In this document: positions 48,707-57,850 of the stretch, piece after piece | How positions within the stretch are numbered: the stretch's first letter is position 1 | How the letters are laid out: each line of letters begins with the position of its first letter | DNA from: an uncultured Acetobacteraceae bacterium | GTDB taxonomy: Bacteria > Pseudomonadota > Alphaproteobacteria > CACIAM-22H2 | Reading direction: 5' to 3' | DNA length: 59,217 nucleotides | Assembly: GCA_964434345.1 (NCBI GenBank) | Contig: CAYSUY010000004.1 | Span: 1-59,217, forward strand | The notes under the pieces: generated by a model | Database searches by the model: none | Told to the model about the DNA's origin: nothing | What the model saw: the letters and a program-made list of their open reading frames with translations, nothing else | Program-made: the position numbers and the translations under genes

Positions 48707-49135
48707 TCAGCCGCCCGCTGCCTTGCGCTCGGCAATCAATTCGGTGACGAAGGCCTTCTTGTACTTCATGGCCCAGTGCGGGTAGCTCCAGCCGCTCATC
48801 TCGGGCTGCAGCGGGCTGTCGGTTCCCGGCGCGAACAGCAATGCCTCGCGCGGGCCATTCGACACGTAGGCGTTGATCCGCATCAATTGATAGAACGGCC
48901 CTTCATAGGCGACGAGCGCGCGCCGCGACAGCGTATCGAGACCACTCACGATGACGCCGTTCACATGTTCCCCCGGCTTCTGGATGACCACCGGATAACT
49001 GACGCCCTGCGTCGAGCGGCGCTCCCAGTCGAAGAGCACGGCGTCACGGACATGTGCCGCCAGAGAAGCCTCCCGACCAAGCACGATCGCCCGGACATCC
49101 GGGTCCATCAAGGTGCCGTAGAAGAAGAACCGCAT
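48707..49135 (-). CDS. Gamma-glutamylcyclotransferase (AIG2-like) family protein
   Basis: MRFFFYGTLMD, YPV, V.GVIV, L.AYEG..Y. Confidence 0.85.
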   Translation of the reverse strand: MRFFFYGTLMDPDVRAIVLGREASLAAHVRDAVLFDWERRSTQGVSYPVVIQKPGEHVNGVIVSGLDTLSRRALVAYEGPFYQLMRINAYVSNGPREALLFAPGTDSPLQPEMSGWSYPHWAMKYKKAFVTELIAERKAAGG

Positions 49136-49140
49136 CCGAC

Positions 49141-50532
49141 CTACAACTCCTGTGGTGCGTCCACCCCGCTTGCCCTCAATTCTGCCACCAACGCGGCCTT
49201 GAGGCGAGAAAGTCCGGCCGTGTCGCGCGACTCGCAGCGCGCGACCAGAACGTCCTGGGTGTTCGAGGCGCGCAGCAGCCACCAGCCATCCGCCGTCGAG
49301 ACGCGCGCGCCATCGACGTCGTTCACCGCCGCCCCGGCCGCGCGCAACCGCGCCCGCACCTCGTCGACGACAGCGAATTTCCGGGTCTCGTCGACCGGAA
49401 AGCGCAGTTCCGGCGTATTGACCGCCGCTGGAAGCGTGTCACGCATGGCCGCGAGGCTCTCCGGCGCGCGGGCGACGATCGACAGGATCCGGATCGCGGC
49501 GTAGAGCGCGTCGTCGAAGCCGTACCAGCGATCCGCGAAGAAGATATGGCCGGACATCTCCCCCGCCAGGGGTGCCGCGGTCTCGTGCATCTTCGCCTTG
49601 ATGATCGAATGGCCTGTCCGCCACATCAGCGGCGTGCCGCCCAGCCGGGCGATCTCGTCGAACAGCGTCTGGCTGGCCTTCACGTCGGCGATGATCGTCG
49701 CGCCAGGACGCTCGGCCAGGATCTCGCGCGCGAACAGCGCCATCAGCTGGTCGCCCCACAAGATGCGGCCCTGTCCATCGACGACACCGATGCGGTCCGC
49801 GTCGCCGTCGAAGGCAACGCCGAGATCCGCTCCCTCGCGCGCGACGGCCTCCTGCAGCTGCACGAGATTCTTGGCCACGGTCGGATCCGGATGATGGGCC
49901 GGAAAGGTCCCGTCGATCCGCTCGTTGAGCAGGACGTGGCGTCCCGGAAGGCGGCGTGCCAGCCCCTGCATCACCTCGCCGCCGGCGCCATTCCCGGCAT
50001 CCCAGACCACGGTCAGATCACGCCCGGGCCGATAGTCGCGCAGCAGACGCTCCAGATAGGCATCGCCGACCGCCGCCGTGGTCACATGCCCGGCTCCCGC
50101 CGCGAAATCGCCGGCGGCGCAGCGCGCGCCCATGCGGCGGATGTCGTCGCCCCAGAAACTCTTGCCGCCGATCAGCATCTTGAACCCGTTGTACTCGGAC
50201 GGGTTGTGCGAGCCGGTGACCTGGATTCCGGCATCGACGTCGAGCGTATGGGCAGCGAAATAGAGCATCGGCGTCGGTCCGAGACCGACATCGACGACGT
50301 CGAGACCGGTGGCTGCCAGCCCGGCGATCAGCGCGGCCTGCAGCCGCGGCGAGTGGAGGCGGCCGTCACGGGCCACGGCCACGCGCTTGCCGCCGCGCTC
50401 GCGCACGGCCGTACCGAAGCCGAGCCCCACGGCACGCGCATCGGCTTCGGACAGGGTGCGATCGACGATCCCCCGGATGTCGTATTCGCGCAGGACAGAC
50501 GGATCGAAACGATGGGACGGGCCGGTGGTCAT
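49141..50532 (-). CDS. Phosphomannomutase/phosphoglucomutase
   Basis: [14 protein letters not shown] (phospho-Ser), FDGDADRIG (metal loop), [16 protein letters not shown]; GAGGAGG SD. Confidence 0.96.
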   Translation of the reverse strand: MTTGPSHRFDPSVLREYDIRGIVDRTLSEADARAVGLGFGTAVRERGGKRVAVARDGRLHSPRLQAALIAGLAATGLDVVDVGLGPTPMLYFAAHTLDVDAGIQVTGSHNPSEYNGFKMLIGGKSFWGDDIRRMGARCAAGDFAAGAGHVTTAAVGDAYLERLLRDYRPGRDLTVVWDAGNGAGGEVMQGLARRLPGRHVLLNERIDGTFPAHHPDPTVAKNLVQLQEAVAREGADLGVAFDGDADRIGVVDGQGRILWGDQLMALFAREILAERPGATIIADVKASQTLFDEIARLGGTPLMWRTGHSIIKAKMHETAAPLAGEMSGHIFFADRWYGFDDALYAAIRILSIVARAPESLAAMRDTLPAAVNTPELRFPVDETRKFAVVDEVRARLRAAGAAVNDVDGARVSTADGWWLLRASNTQDVLVARCESRDTAGLSRLKAALVAELRASGVDAPQEL

Positions 50533-50545
50533 GCGTACGCCCTCC

Positions 50546-51877
50546 TCAGGTGTCGCTGCCATGCGCCGTCACCGGCCGTCCGATGGACCGATAGTCCAGC
50601 CCCGCCGCGACCATGTCGGCCGGCGAATAGACATTGCGCAGGTCGACGACGATCGGGGTCTTGAGCAGCGCGCGGATGCGCGCCGGATCGAGCGCCCGGA
50701 ACTCGTTCCACTCGGTCAGCAGGGCCATGGCGTCGGCGCCTTGCATCGCCTCTGTGGCGCTGGCGCAGAACTCGACACCGGGCAGGAGTTGGCGCGCCTC
50801 GCCGTGCATGCCCTCGGGATCGTAGGCCTTGACCCGGGCGCCGGCCGCCAGCAGCGGCGGCAGGATCGCGAGGCTTGGCGCGTCGCGCATGTCGTCGGTA
50901 TTCGGCTTGAAGGTCAGGCCGAGCACCGCGATCGTCTTGCCCGCCACCGAACCGCCGCAGGCGTCGACGATGCGCGCGGCCATCGCCGTCTTGCGCTTGT
51001 CGTTGATGTCGACCACGGTCTCGACGATGCGCAGTGGGCTGCCATGGTCCTGGGCCGTCTTGACGAGCGCCAGCGTGTCCTTGGGGAAGCAGGACCCGCC
51101 ATAGCCGGGTCCGGGATGAAGGAATTTGCGGCCGATGCGCCCGTCGAGGCCGATCCCCTTGGCGACGTCGTGCACGTCCGCCCCCACCTTCTCGCAGAGA
51201 TCAGCCATCTCGTTGATGAAGGTGATCTTGGTCGCAAGGAAGGTATTGGCGGCGTATTTGATGAGCTCGCTCGTCTCGAGCGAGGTGAAGACGATCGGCG
51301 TCTCGATCAGGTAGAGCGGCCGGTAGAGTTCCCGCATGACCGCGCGGGCGCGATCGCTCTCCGTACCGATGACCACACGGTCGGGACGCATGAAATCCGA
51401 GATCGCGGCCCCCTCGCGGAGGAATTCCGGGTTCGACACGACGTCGAACTGAGCCTGCGGCGCCACGGCCCGGATCCGACGCGCGACCTCGCGGCCAGTG
51501 CCGACAGGCACCGTCGATTTCGTGACCACGACCGCGTAGCCGGTCAGCGCGCGCCCGATCTCCTCGGCCGCAGCGTAGACATAGGACAGGTCCGCATGCC
51601 CATCGCCCCGCCGCGAGGGCGTCCCCACGGCGATGAACACCGCATCGGCTCCCGGCACGGCGCGCGCGAGGTCGGTCGTGAAGGTCAGCCGCCCAGCCGC
51701 CTTGTTCTTGGCGACCAGCTGGTCGAGCCCAGGCTCGAAGATCGGGATCTCGCCGCGCTCCAGCCGTTCGATCTTGCCGACATCCTTGTCGACGCAGGTC
51801 ACGTCGACCCCGAATTCGGAAAAACAGGCCCCGGTCACGAGCCCGACATAGCCGGTGCCGATCATCGTCACGCGCAT
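50546..51877 (-). CDS. ugd: UDP-glucose 6-dehydrogenase
   Basis: [56 protein letters not shown]. Confidence 0.97.
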   Translation of the reverse strand: MRVTMIGTGYVGLVTGACFSEFGVDVTCVDKDVGKIERLERGEIPIFEPGLDQLVAKNKAAGRLTFTTDLARAVPGADAVFIAVGTPSRRGDGHADLSYVYAAAEEIGRALTGYAVVVTKSTVPVGTGREVARRIRAVAPQAQFDVVSNPEFLREGAAISDFMRPDRVVIGTESDRARAVMRELYRPLYLIETPIVFTSLETSELIKYAANTFLATKITFINEMADLCEKVGADVHDVAKGIGLDGRIGRKFLHPGPGYGGSCFPKDTLALVKTAQDHGSPLRIVETVVDINDKRKTAMAARIVDACGGSVAGKTIAVLGLTFKPNTDDMRDAPSLAILPPLLAAGARVKAYDPEGMHGEARQLLPGVEFCASATEAMQGADAMALLTEWNEFRALDPARIRALLKTPIVVDLRNVYSPADMVAAGLDYRSIGRPVTAHGSDT

Positions 51878-51919
51878 GCTCAAGACCTTCCTGCCGGTGT
51901 GCCGGTTTGCGTGGTGGCG

Positions 51920-52789
51920 TCAGACATAGGACTGCATCGCGGCGCGGGCTGCCGCGCCGATGTCGGGGCGGGCGAGCGCGAAGGCCAGATTGGCCTCGAA
52001 GAAGCCGACCTTGTCGCCGCAATCGAAGCGCGTGCCCGTGAAGCGCAGCCCATGGAACGGCGCGGCGCCGATCATCGCCGCCAGGGCGTCGGTCAACTGG
52101 ATCTCGCCGCCGGCACCGCGCGTGCCCTTGTCGAGGTGACGGAAGACGCTGGGCTCGAGCACGTACCGGCCGATCACGGCGCAGGTCGACGGCGCCTTGT
52201 CCGGCGTCGGCTTCTCGACGAGCCCCTTCACCTGGACCAGCTTGCCGTCGTCCCGCCCCGGATCGACGATGCCATACCGCTTGGTGTGCTCGCGCGGGAC
52301 ATCCATGACGGCGATCATGTTGCCGCGGACCTCGGGATAGGCGTCCACCATCTGGGCAAGACAGGACCGGTCCGCGAGGATCAGATCATCGGCCAGCAGC
52401 ACCGCGAAGGGCTCGTCGCCGACGAGGTCGCGCGCGCACCACACGGCGTGCCCCAGCCCCATCGGCGCCATCTGCCGCGTATAGGCGACGCGGCCGGGCT
52501 TGGGCAGCCAGCGGCGCAATTCCTCGAGCTCCGCGGTCTTGCCGCGCTCCTCGAGCGTCTTTTCGAGTTCGAAGGAATGGTCGAAATGATCCTCGATCGC
52601 GGTCTTGCCGCGGCCGGTGACGAAGATGAATTCCTCGATCCCGGCGGCCTGGGCCTCCTCGACCGCGTATTGGATCAGCGGCTTGTCGACGACCGGCAGC
52701 ATCTCCTTCGGCATGGCCTTTGTGGCCGGCAGGAAGCGCGTGCCGAGACCTCCGACGGGGAAGATCGCCTTGCGGATGCGAACGGACAT
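51920..52789 (-). CDS. galU: UTP--glucose-1-phosphate uridylyltransferase
   Basis: KAIFPVGGLGTRFLPATKAMPKEMLP, GLGHAVWCA, VEKP, GEIQLTDA, FDCG.K.GF. Confidence 0.97.
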   Translation of the reverse strand: MSVRIRKAIFPVGGLGTRFLPATKAMPKEMLPVVDKPLIQYAVEEAQAAGIEEFIFVTGRGKTAIEDHFDHSFELEKTLEERGKTAELEELRRWLPKPGRVAYTRQMAPMGLGHAVWCARDLVGDEPFAVLLADDLILADRSCLAQMVDAYPEVRGNMIAVMDVPREHTKRYGIVDPGRDDGKLVQVKGLVEKPTPDKAPSTCAVIGRYVLEPSVFRHLDKGTRGAGGEIQLTDALAAMIGAAPFHGLRFTGTRFDCGDKVGFFEANLAFALARPDIGAAARAAMQSYV

Positions 52790-52934
52790 GACAGGGTTCC
52801 GATATGTGGCGGATGGACGAACCCGCTCTGGGCTCCGCACTCAACGATCCGTGGCGACGGGTTGTTCCGCGCGGCGGGCAGCTTTTGCCATAGCGCGCGG
52901 CGGCGCGGCAAGCGCCCGGCCAGGACCATCGGGA

Positions 52935-53654
52935 CTAGCCCAGGAGCGTGTCCTTCGCCTCGTTGATCCGTGCGGCGAGATAGGCGGACCCGCCCTGGTC
53001 CGGATGGTTGCGCTTCATCAGCTCGCGCCAGGCGCGAACGATCTCCTCGCGCGGGGCATCCGGCGCGACCCCCAGGATGCGGCCCGCCTCGGCGCGGTCC
53101 ATCGCCCCCGCCCCCGTGGCGGCGCGCGCCTGCTGCTCTCCCCCGGGGGACGCCTCGCCGGCATCTCCGCCCTGCCGCCAGGCGGGGTGCAGGGCATCGA
53201 GATACGTCTCCAGCAGAGCGGCCGAATCGCCGTCGGCGATGCGCAATTCAGCGAGCAGATCGAGCAACTGGACCGGCGCCAGTTCGCCCAGGCGCCGCCC
53301 CTTGAAGACACCGGCAAGGACAAGCCCGTCCATCGCCCCGGTCTCATGATCCAGATGCATCCGCAGCCACGCGGTCTCGACATCGGATCCCTGCCCGGCC
53401 GCCGGCGGAACGCCGGCGCCATGGCGTTGCCACCAGCGGCGAAGGACAGGCAAGAGGGGCAGGAGGAGGTAGAGCGTCTGGACGGCGCGTCCGGTCGCCA
53501 GCAGCCACAGCGCCGCGAGCCCGCCGCCGCCGATGGCGGCCCAGCGCAGACCTGCGGCGACATGCCGCGCCGAGGCATTGGTGAACCAACGCCCCGCGGC
53601 GAGCAGCAGCAGCAGGATCCCGAGGCCGAGCAGAAGGTAGAAGAGCCCCATCAC
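52935..53654 (-). CDS. Membrane-anchored protein with C-terminal J-domain (DnaJ-like)
   Basis: N-terminal TM helices; T.WLRM.LDHETG.MDG.VL.G.F.G; C-terminal ILGV...[29 protein letters not shown] (HPD motif). Confidence 0.88.
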   Translation of the reverse strand: MMGLFYLLLGLGILLLLLAAGRWFTNASARHVAAGLRWAAIGGGGLAALWLLATGRAVQTLYLLLPLLPVLRRWWQRHGAGVPPAAGQGSDVETAWLRMHLDHETGAMDGLVLAGVFKGRRLGELAPVQLLDLLAELRIADGDSAALLETYLDALHPAWRQGGDAGEASPGGEQQARAATGAGAMDRAEAGRILGVAPDAPREEIVRAWRELMKRNHPDQGGSAYLAARINEAKDTLLG

Positions 53655-54361
53655 GCGCCCCGCGGCTTGCCGATCTGGGCGGCAAGCAGCGCCACCGGGC
53701 CGCCACGCCGCCGGGAAAAATCCTCGAGCGCCACGCGGCCACCGGCCGCGAAGGTGGCGACCGCCGCCAGGAGATCGCGCAGGGTCTGCGCGCTTGCCCC
53801 GTCGAAGGGCGCGAAGGCACCGCCGCTGAGCCGGGCGATCCGCTCGAAACCGGCCCGGGCCACCTCGTCACGGCCCTCGAGGAACATGAAGCACGGCAGA
53901 CCGAGCAGACCCAGCGCGCCCGCACGCTGGGCGAGGCGGTCAAGGCCCTCCTCCACCGCGTCGCCGACGAAGACCAGGGCCGCCACCTTGCGCTGTCGCG
54001 TCTGCGCGGCGGCATGATCGAGGACGCGCTCGATCTGCGTCTCCCCGGCAGCGCAGGCCACGCCGCGCATCGCGTCGAGAAGCGTCTGCGAGCGCGCGGC
54101 GAAGGGCGTCGCCTGGAAATCTCCGAGACCGCTGTACCAGGCGAGCTGGATCTCGAGATCGCCGACCTCGCGCGCCGCCTGGAACATGTCGGCCTGCAAC
54201 GCGCGCGCGCGTTCCCACATCGGTTCACGCGACGCCGTGGCGTCCAGCGCGAAGATCAGACGGCCCGGGCCAGATCCGGCCCGCAGCGCCGGCACGCGGC
54301 GCGCCGCCTCCAGGAAAGCGGCGACCTGCGACGAGACGGTCCGGGCGGGTGGCTTCGTCAT
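53651..54361 (-). CDS. VWA domain-containing protein
   Basis: [10 protein letters not shown] (MIDAS-like DxTxS), [19 protein letters not shown]; GTGA overlap with the J-domain gene. Confidence 0.85.
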   Translation of the reverse strand: MTKPPARTVSSQVAAFLEAARRVPALRAGSGPGRLIFALDATASREPMWERARALQADMFQAAREVGDLEIQLAWYSGLGDFQATPFAARSQTLLDAMRGVACAAGETQIERVLDHAAAQTRQRKVAALVFVGDAVEEGLDRLAQRAGALGLLGLPCFMFLEGRDEVARAGFERIARLSGGAFAPFDGASAQTLRDLLAAVATFAAGGRVALEDFSRRRGGPVALLAAQIGKPRGA

Positions 54362-54510
54362 GACCCTAGACCTAGGGAACCACGGGCAGCGGCGCCAGGG
54401 AGAAAACGCGTCCGGGGAGGCCTGCTCGCGCGAACCGCAGCCGTCTGCGGGTTTGCGCCGCCCGACAGCATCTTCCAAGATCGGGGCCTCGCATTCGACG
54501 GGAGGCATGC

Positions 54511-56148
54511 CTGCTTACCGAGGCCAGCGACCATGACGCGCTCGCCGCCGCGTTCGCGTGGCGGATCCCCGAGCGTTACAACATCGGCCACGATGTCGCC
54601 GATCGCCAGCGCGCCGACGCGGACGCGCTGATCGTCGTCGGCGACGACGGGACGGCGGAACGGCGCAGCTTCGGCTGGGTCGCACGCGCCTCCAACCGGC
54701 TCGCGAACGTCTTCCACGCCGCAGGCCTACGACGCGGCGACCGCGTGGCCATCCTGCTCGGCCAGGCGCCGGAAACGGCGCTTGCCCATGTCGCCGCGTA
54801 CAAGCTCGGGGCCATCGCGGTCCCGCTCTTCGTGCTGTTCGGCGAAGAGGCCCTCGCCTATCGGCTCGCCGACTCGGGCGCGCGGCTGATCGTCACCGAC
54901 CTCGCCAACTGGCCCAAGGTCGCGGCGCTGCGCGAGCGCCTGCCGGCGCTGCACGCCGCGATCGTCGTCGACGGTCGCGGCGTCGACGGCACGCTCGATT
55001 TCGCGAACTCCTGCGCGGCGGCGCGCGACAGCTTCCCGGTCGCGGACACGATGGCCGAGGATCCGGCGATCATCATCTACACCTCGGGCACCACCGGTCC
55101 GCCGAAAGGCGCGCTGCATGCGCATCGGGTGCTGCTCGGCCACCTGCCCGGGGTCGAACTGCCGCAGCGCTTCTTTCCGAAGCCGGGCGACGTCTTCTGG
55201 ACGCCTGCGGACTGGGCCTGGATCGGCGGATTGTTCGACGTGCTGCTGCCCGCATGGCATCACGGCGTCCCCGTGGTGGCGCGGCGCAGCGCAAAATTCG
55301 ATCCGCTCGAGGCCCATGCACTGATGGCGCGCCATGGCGTGCGCAACGTCTTCCTGCCGCCGACTGCGCTCAAGCTGATGCGCCAGGCCGGCGCGGCGGC
55401 GGCCGCCGCGGTCCGGCTACGATCCATCGGATCGGGTGGCGAGACGCTTGGCGCCGAGTTGCTCGACTGGGGACGAGCCGCCTTCGGCCTCACGATCAAC
55501 GAGTTCTATGGCCAGACGGAATGCAATCTGGTCGTCGCCAACAATGCCGACATCATGCCCGTGCGCCCGGGATCCATGGGCCGTGCCGTCCCCGGCCATC
55601 GCGTCGCGATCATCGACGAGGCGGGCACGGTGCTGCCCGACGGCGCCACCGGGGAGATCGCGGTCAGCCGCCCGGACCCCGTGATGTTCCTCGGCTACTG
55701 GAACAACCCGGAGGCGACCGCCGGAAAATTCGCCGGTCCGTGGCTGCGGACGGGGGATATCGGGCGCCGCGATGGCGACGGCTATCTCTGGTACCAGGGC
55801 CGCGCCGACGACGTGATCACCTCCGCCGGGTACCGGATCGGTCCCGCCGAGATCGAGGATTGCCTGCTCCGCCACCCTGCCGTGGCGATGGCCGCGGCGA
55901 TCGGCGTCCCCGACCCGATCCGCACCGAGATCGTCAAGGCCTTCATCGTGCTCAAACCCGGCACCGCCGGGCATGACGAGCTTGCGCGCGCCATCCAGGA
56001 CCATGTCCGCACGCGCCTCGCCGCCCATGAATATCCACGTATCGTGGAGTTCGTCGACGCCCTGCCCTTGACAGCTACCGGTAAGGTGATGCGGCGCGTA
56101 TTGCGCGACCGCGACGCCGAAGCCCGCATGAAAGGAGCCAAGCCATGA
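54511..56148 (+). CDS. AMP-forming acyl-CoA synthetase (AMP-binding enzyme); non-canonical start or 1-bp indel
   Basis: YTSGTTGPPKG, TPADWAWIGG, NEFYGQTE, TGD, GRADDVITSAGYRIGP.EIE, TATGK. The frame is open from the CTG at 54511 (LLTEASDHDALAAAFAWRIPERYNIG). Confidence 0.9.
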   Translation: MLTEASDHDALAAAFAWRIPERYNIGHDVADRQRADADALIVVGDDGTAERRSFGWVARASNRLANVFHAAGLRRGDRVAILLGQAPETALAHVAAYKLGAIAVPLFVLFGEEALAYRLADSGARLIVTDLANWPKVAALRERLPALHAAIVVDGRGVDGTLDFANSCAAARDSFPVADTMAEDPAIIIYTSGTTGPPKGALHAHRVLLGHLPGVELPQRFFPKPGDVFWTPADWAWIGGLFDVLLPAWHHGVPVVARRSAKFDPLEAHALMARHGVRNVFLPPTALKLMRQAGAAAAAAVRLRSIGSGGETLGAELLDWGRAAFGLTINEFYGQTECNLVVANNADIMPVRPGSMGRAVPGHRVAIIDEAGTVLPDGATGEIAVSRPDPVMFLGYWNNPEATAGKFAGPWLRTGDIGRRDGDGYLWYQGRADDVITSAGYRIGPAEIEDCLLRHPAVAMAAAIGVPDPIRTEIVKAFIVLKPGTAGHDELARAIQDHVRTRLAAHEYPRIVEFVDALPLTATGKVMRRVLRDRDAEARMKGAKP

Positions 56149-56762
56149 ACATCCTCGAGATCCCACCGGGCGAGGATCCGCCCTGGGACATCAACGTCGT
56201 GATCGAGATCCCGCAAGGCGGCGTGCCGGTGAAATACGAACTCGACAAGCGATCCGGCGCGCTGCGCGTCGACCGTTTCCTGCACACGGCGATGTACTAC
56301 CCCGGCAATTACGGCTTCATCCCGGGCACGAAATCCGGCGACGGAGATCCCTGCGACGTGATCGTCGTGGGCCAGGTCCCGGTCGTGCCGGGCGCGATCG
56401 TACGCTCGCGGCCGATCGGTGCGCTGCTGATGAAGGACGAGGCCGGCCAGGACGAGAAGATCATCGCCGTCCCGGTCGACAAGCTCCACCCCTTCTACCG
56501 CGCGGTGAAGTCCTTCCGCGACCTGCCCGAGATCCTGTGCGAGCAGATCGCCCATTTCTTCCAGCACTACAAGGATCTGGAGAAGGGCAAATGGGTGACG
56601 CTGGTGCGCTGGGCGGATCCCGCCGAGGCGGCGGAGCTGATCCGCGAGGCGATCATCCGCGAGGGCGGCGTGCCCCCGCCACCGGTGAAAATGCCCGCCG
56701 CGAAACGATCCGCCGCGAAGGCGCCGCGCGCCAAGCGCGATCAGGCTCGCCGCAAGAGATAG
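56145..56762 (+). CDS. ppa: Inorganic pyrophosphatase (family I) with basic C-terminal extension
   Basis: VVIEIP, KYELDK, DRFL...YPGNYGFIP.T...DGDPCDV, DE.G.DEKI, HFFQHYKDLEKGKWV; AAGGAG SD; ATGA overlap with the synthetase. Confidence 0.96.
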   Translation: MNILEIPPGEDPPWDINVVIEIPQGGVPVKYELDKRSGALRVDRFLHTAMYYPGNYGFIPGTKSGDGDPCDVIVVGQVPVVPGAIVRSRPIGALLMKDEAGQDEKIIAVPVDKLHPFYRAVKSFRDLPEILCEQIAHFFQHYKDLEKGKWVTLVRWADPAEAAELIREAIIREGGVPPPPVKMPAAKRSAAKAPRAKRDQARRKR

Positions 56763-57757
56763 CACCCGCCGATCACCGGACGGTGCAGTTCGGTGCGCAG
56801 CGTGACCTCGGCCTCGCTCAGCAGCGCGAGGCCGGCGGCCGCGCCAGCCGCGCGGACAAAGACGTCGGAATGCGCGTAGCGGCCGCTCGCGCCGAGCACA
56901 TGCCCATCGCCGTCGCAACGCTCGACCGTGAACGCGAAGAGGCCGCCGGGCTTGAGCGCGGCGGAGACGGCAGCGAAGGCCGGAGCGAGCTCGCCGAAAT
57001 AGCAGAAGACGTCGCAGGCGACGGCGAGCGTGTACTGGTTGCGACGCGAAGCGAGGAAGCGGCCGATCTCGTCCTCGAACAACGCGTCGTAGCCGCCGCG
57101 CGCGCGCGCCTTGTCGAGCATGCGCGGCGACAGGTCGACACCCTCGAGCCGCTTCGTGAGCGGGCGCAGCAGCGGCGCCGCGAGGCCGGTTCCGCAGCCC
57201 AGATCGATCGTCGCCGCCGTGATCCGCCCGTCGCCCAGCGCCGTGCGCACAACGTCGGCGACGTGCTGCGGCGCCCGGTACTCGAGCCAGTTCGCGAGGG
57301 TGGCGTCGAAATTCTCGGCGAAGGAATCGAATTCCTGCCGGACGTAGTCGTCCGACGCGCGTGCCGGGCTCTGCGCGCCCGACAGCGCCGCGATCATGTG
57401 GCGCAGGTCCGCGCGTGCGGGTGCGAGACGCTGCAGATGGCGGTACACGCCCAGCAGTTCCGATGTGCGCTCGAGCGTCTTCAGGCAATGGGCCTTCGCC
57501 TCGAGCAGGGCGACATCGTCCGGCGCGGCGCGCAGCGCGGCGTCGAGACCGCGCAGCTTGTCCTCCTGCTTCTCGCGCTCGCGCAGGCGATTGAGCCGCA
57601 CCGCGGCCGGATCGACCGGCGCCGCGAGGAGCTTCTCGATCGCGTCGAAATCGACATCCGTCGCGGCACGGATGCCCATATGGTCCATGATCACCTCGCC
57701 CACGGCCGGGGCTCGGGATGGCGCGCGGCGCGGAGGCGGTTGGCGGGTCTTCTTCAT
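56741..57757 (-). CDS. SAM-dependent methyltransferase with helical (TPR-like) N-terminal region
   Basis: YVRQEFDSFAENFD..L...LEY..P, IDLGCGTGL, GVDLSPRML.KA, DVFCYFG.L, L..SGRYAHS. Confidence 0.88.
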   Translation of the reverse strand: MKKTRQPPPRRAPSRAPAVGEVIMDHMGIRAATDVDFDAIEKLLAAPVDPAAVRLNRLREREKQEDKLRGLDAALRAAPDDVALLEAKAHCLKTLERTSELLGVYRHLQRLAPARADLRHMIAALSGAQSPARASDDYVRQEFDSFAENFDATLANWLEYRAPQHVADVVRTALGDGRITAATIDLGCGTGLAAPLLRPLTKRLEGVDLSPRMLDKARARGGYDALFEDEIGRFLASRRNQYTLAVACDVFCYFGELAPAFAAVSAALKPGGLFAFTVERCDGDGHVLGASGRYAHSDVFVRAAGAAAGLALLSEAEVTLRTELHRPVIGGCYLLRRA

Positions 57758-57850
57758 CGCGCTGCAGTCTAACCGGCGAGCCGGGGTTTCCAAGCCTTCC
57801 GCGTGCGCCTCTTTCCGGTTAAAAACCGAAGATCCGGAAGCGAGGACATC

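Noticed and set aside
57760-57850. Sigma54 promoter for the GS-family gene
   Set aside because: No TGGCAC-N5-TTGC motif is present.
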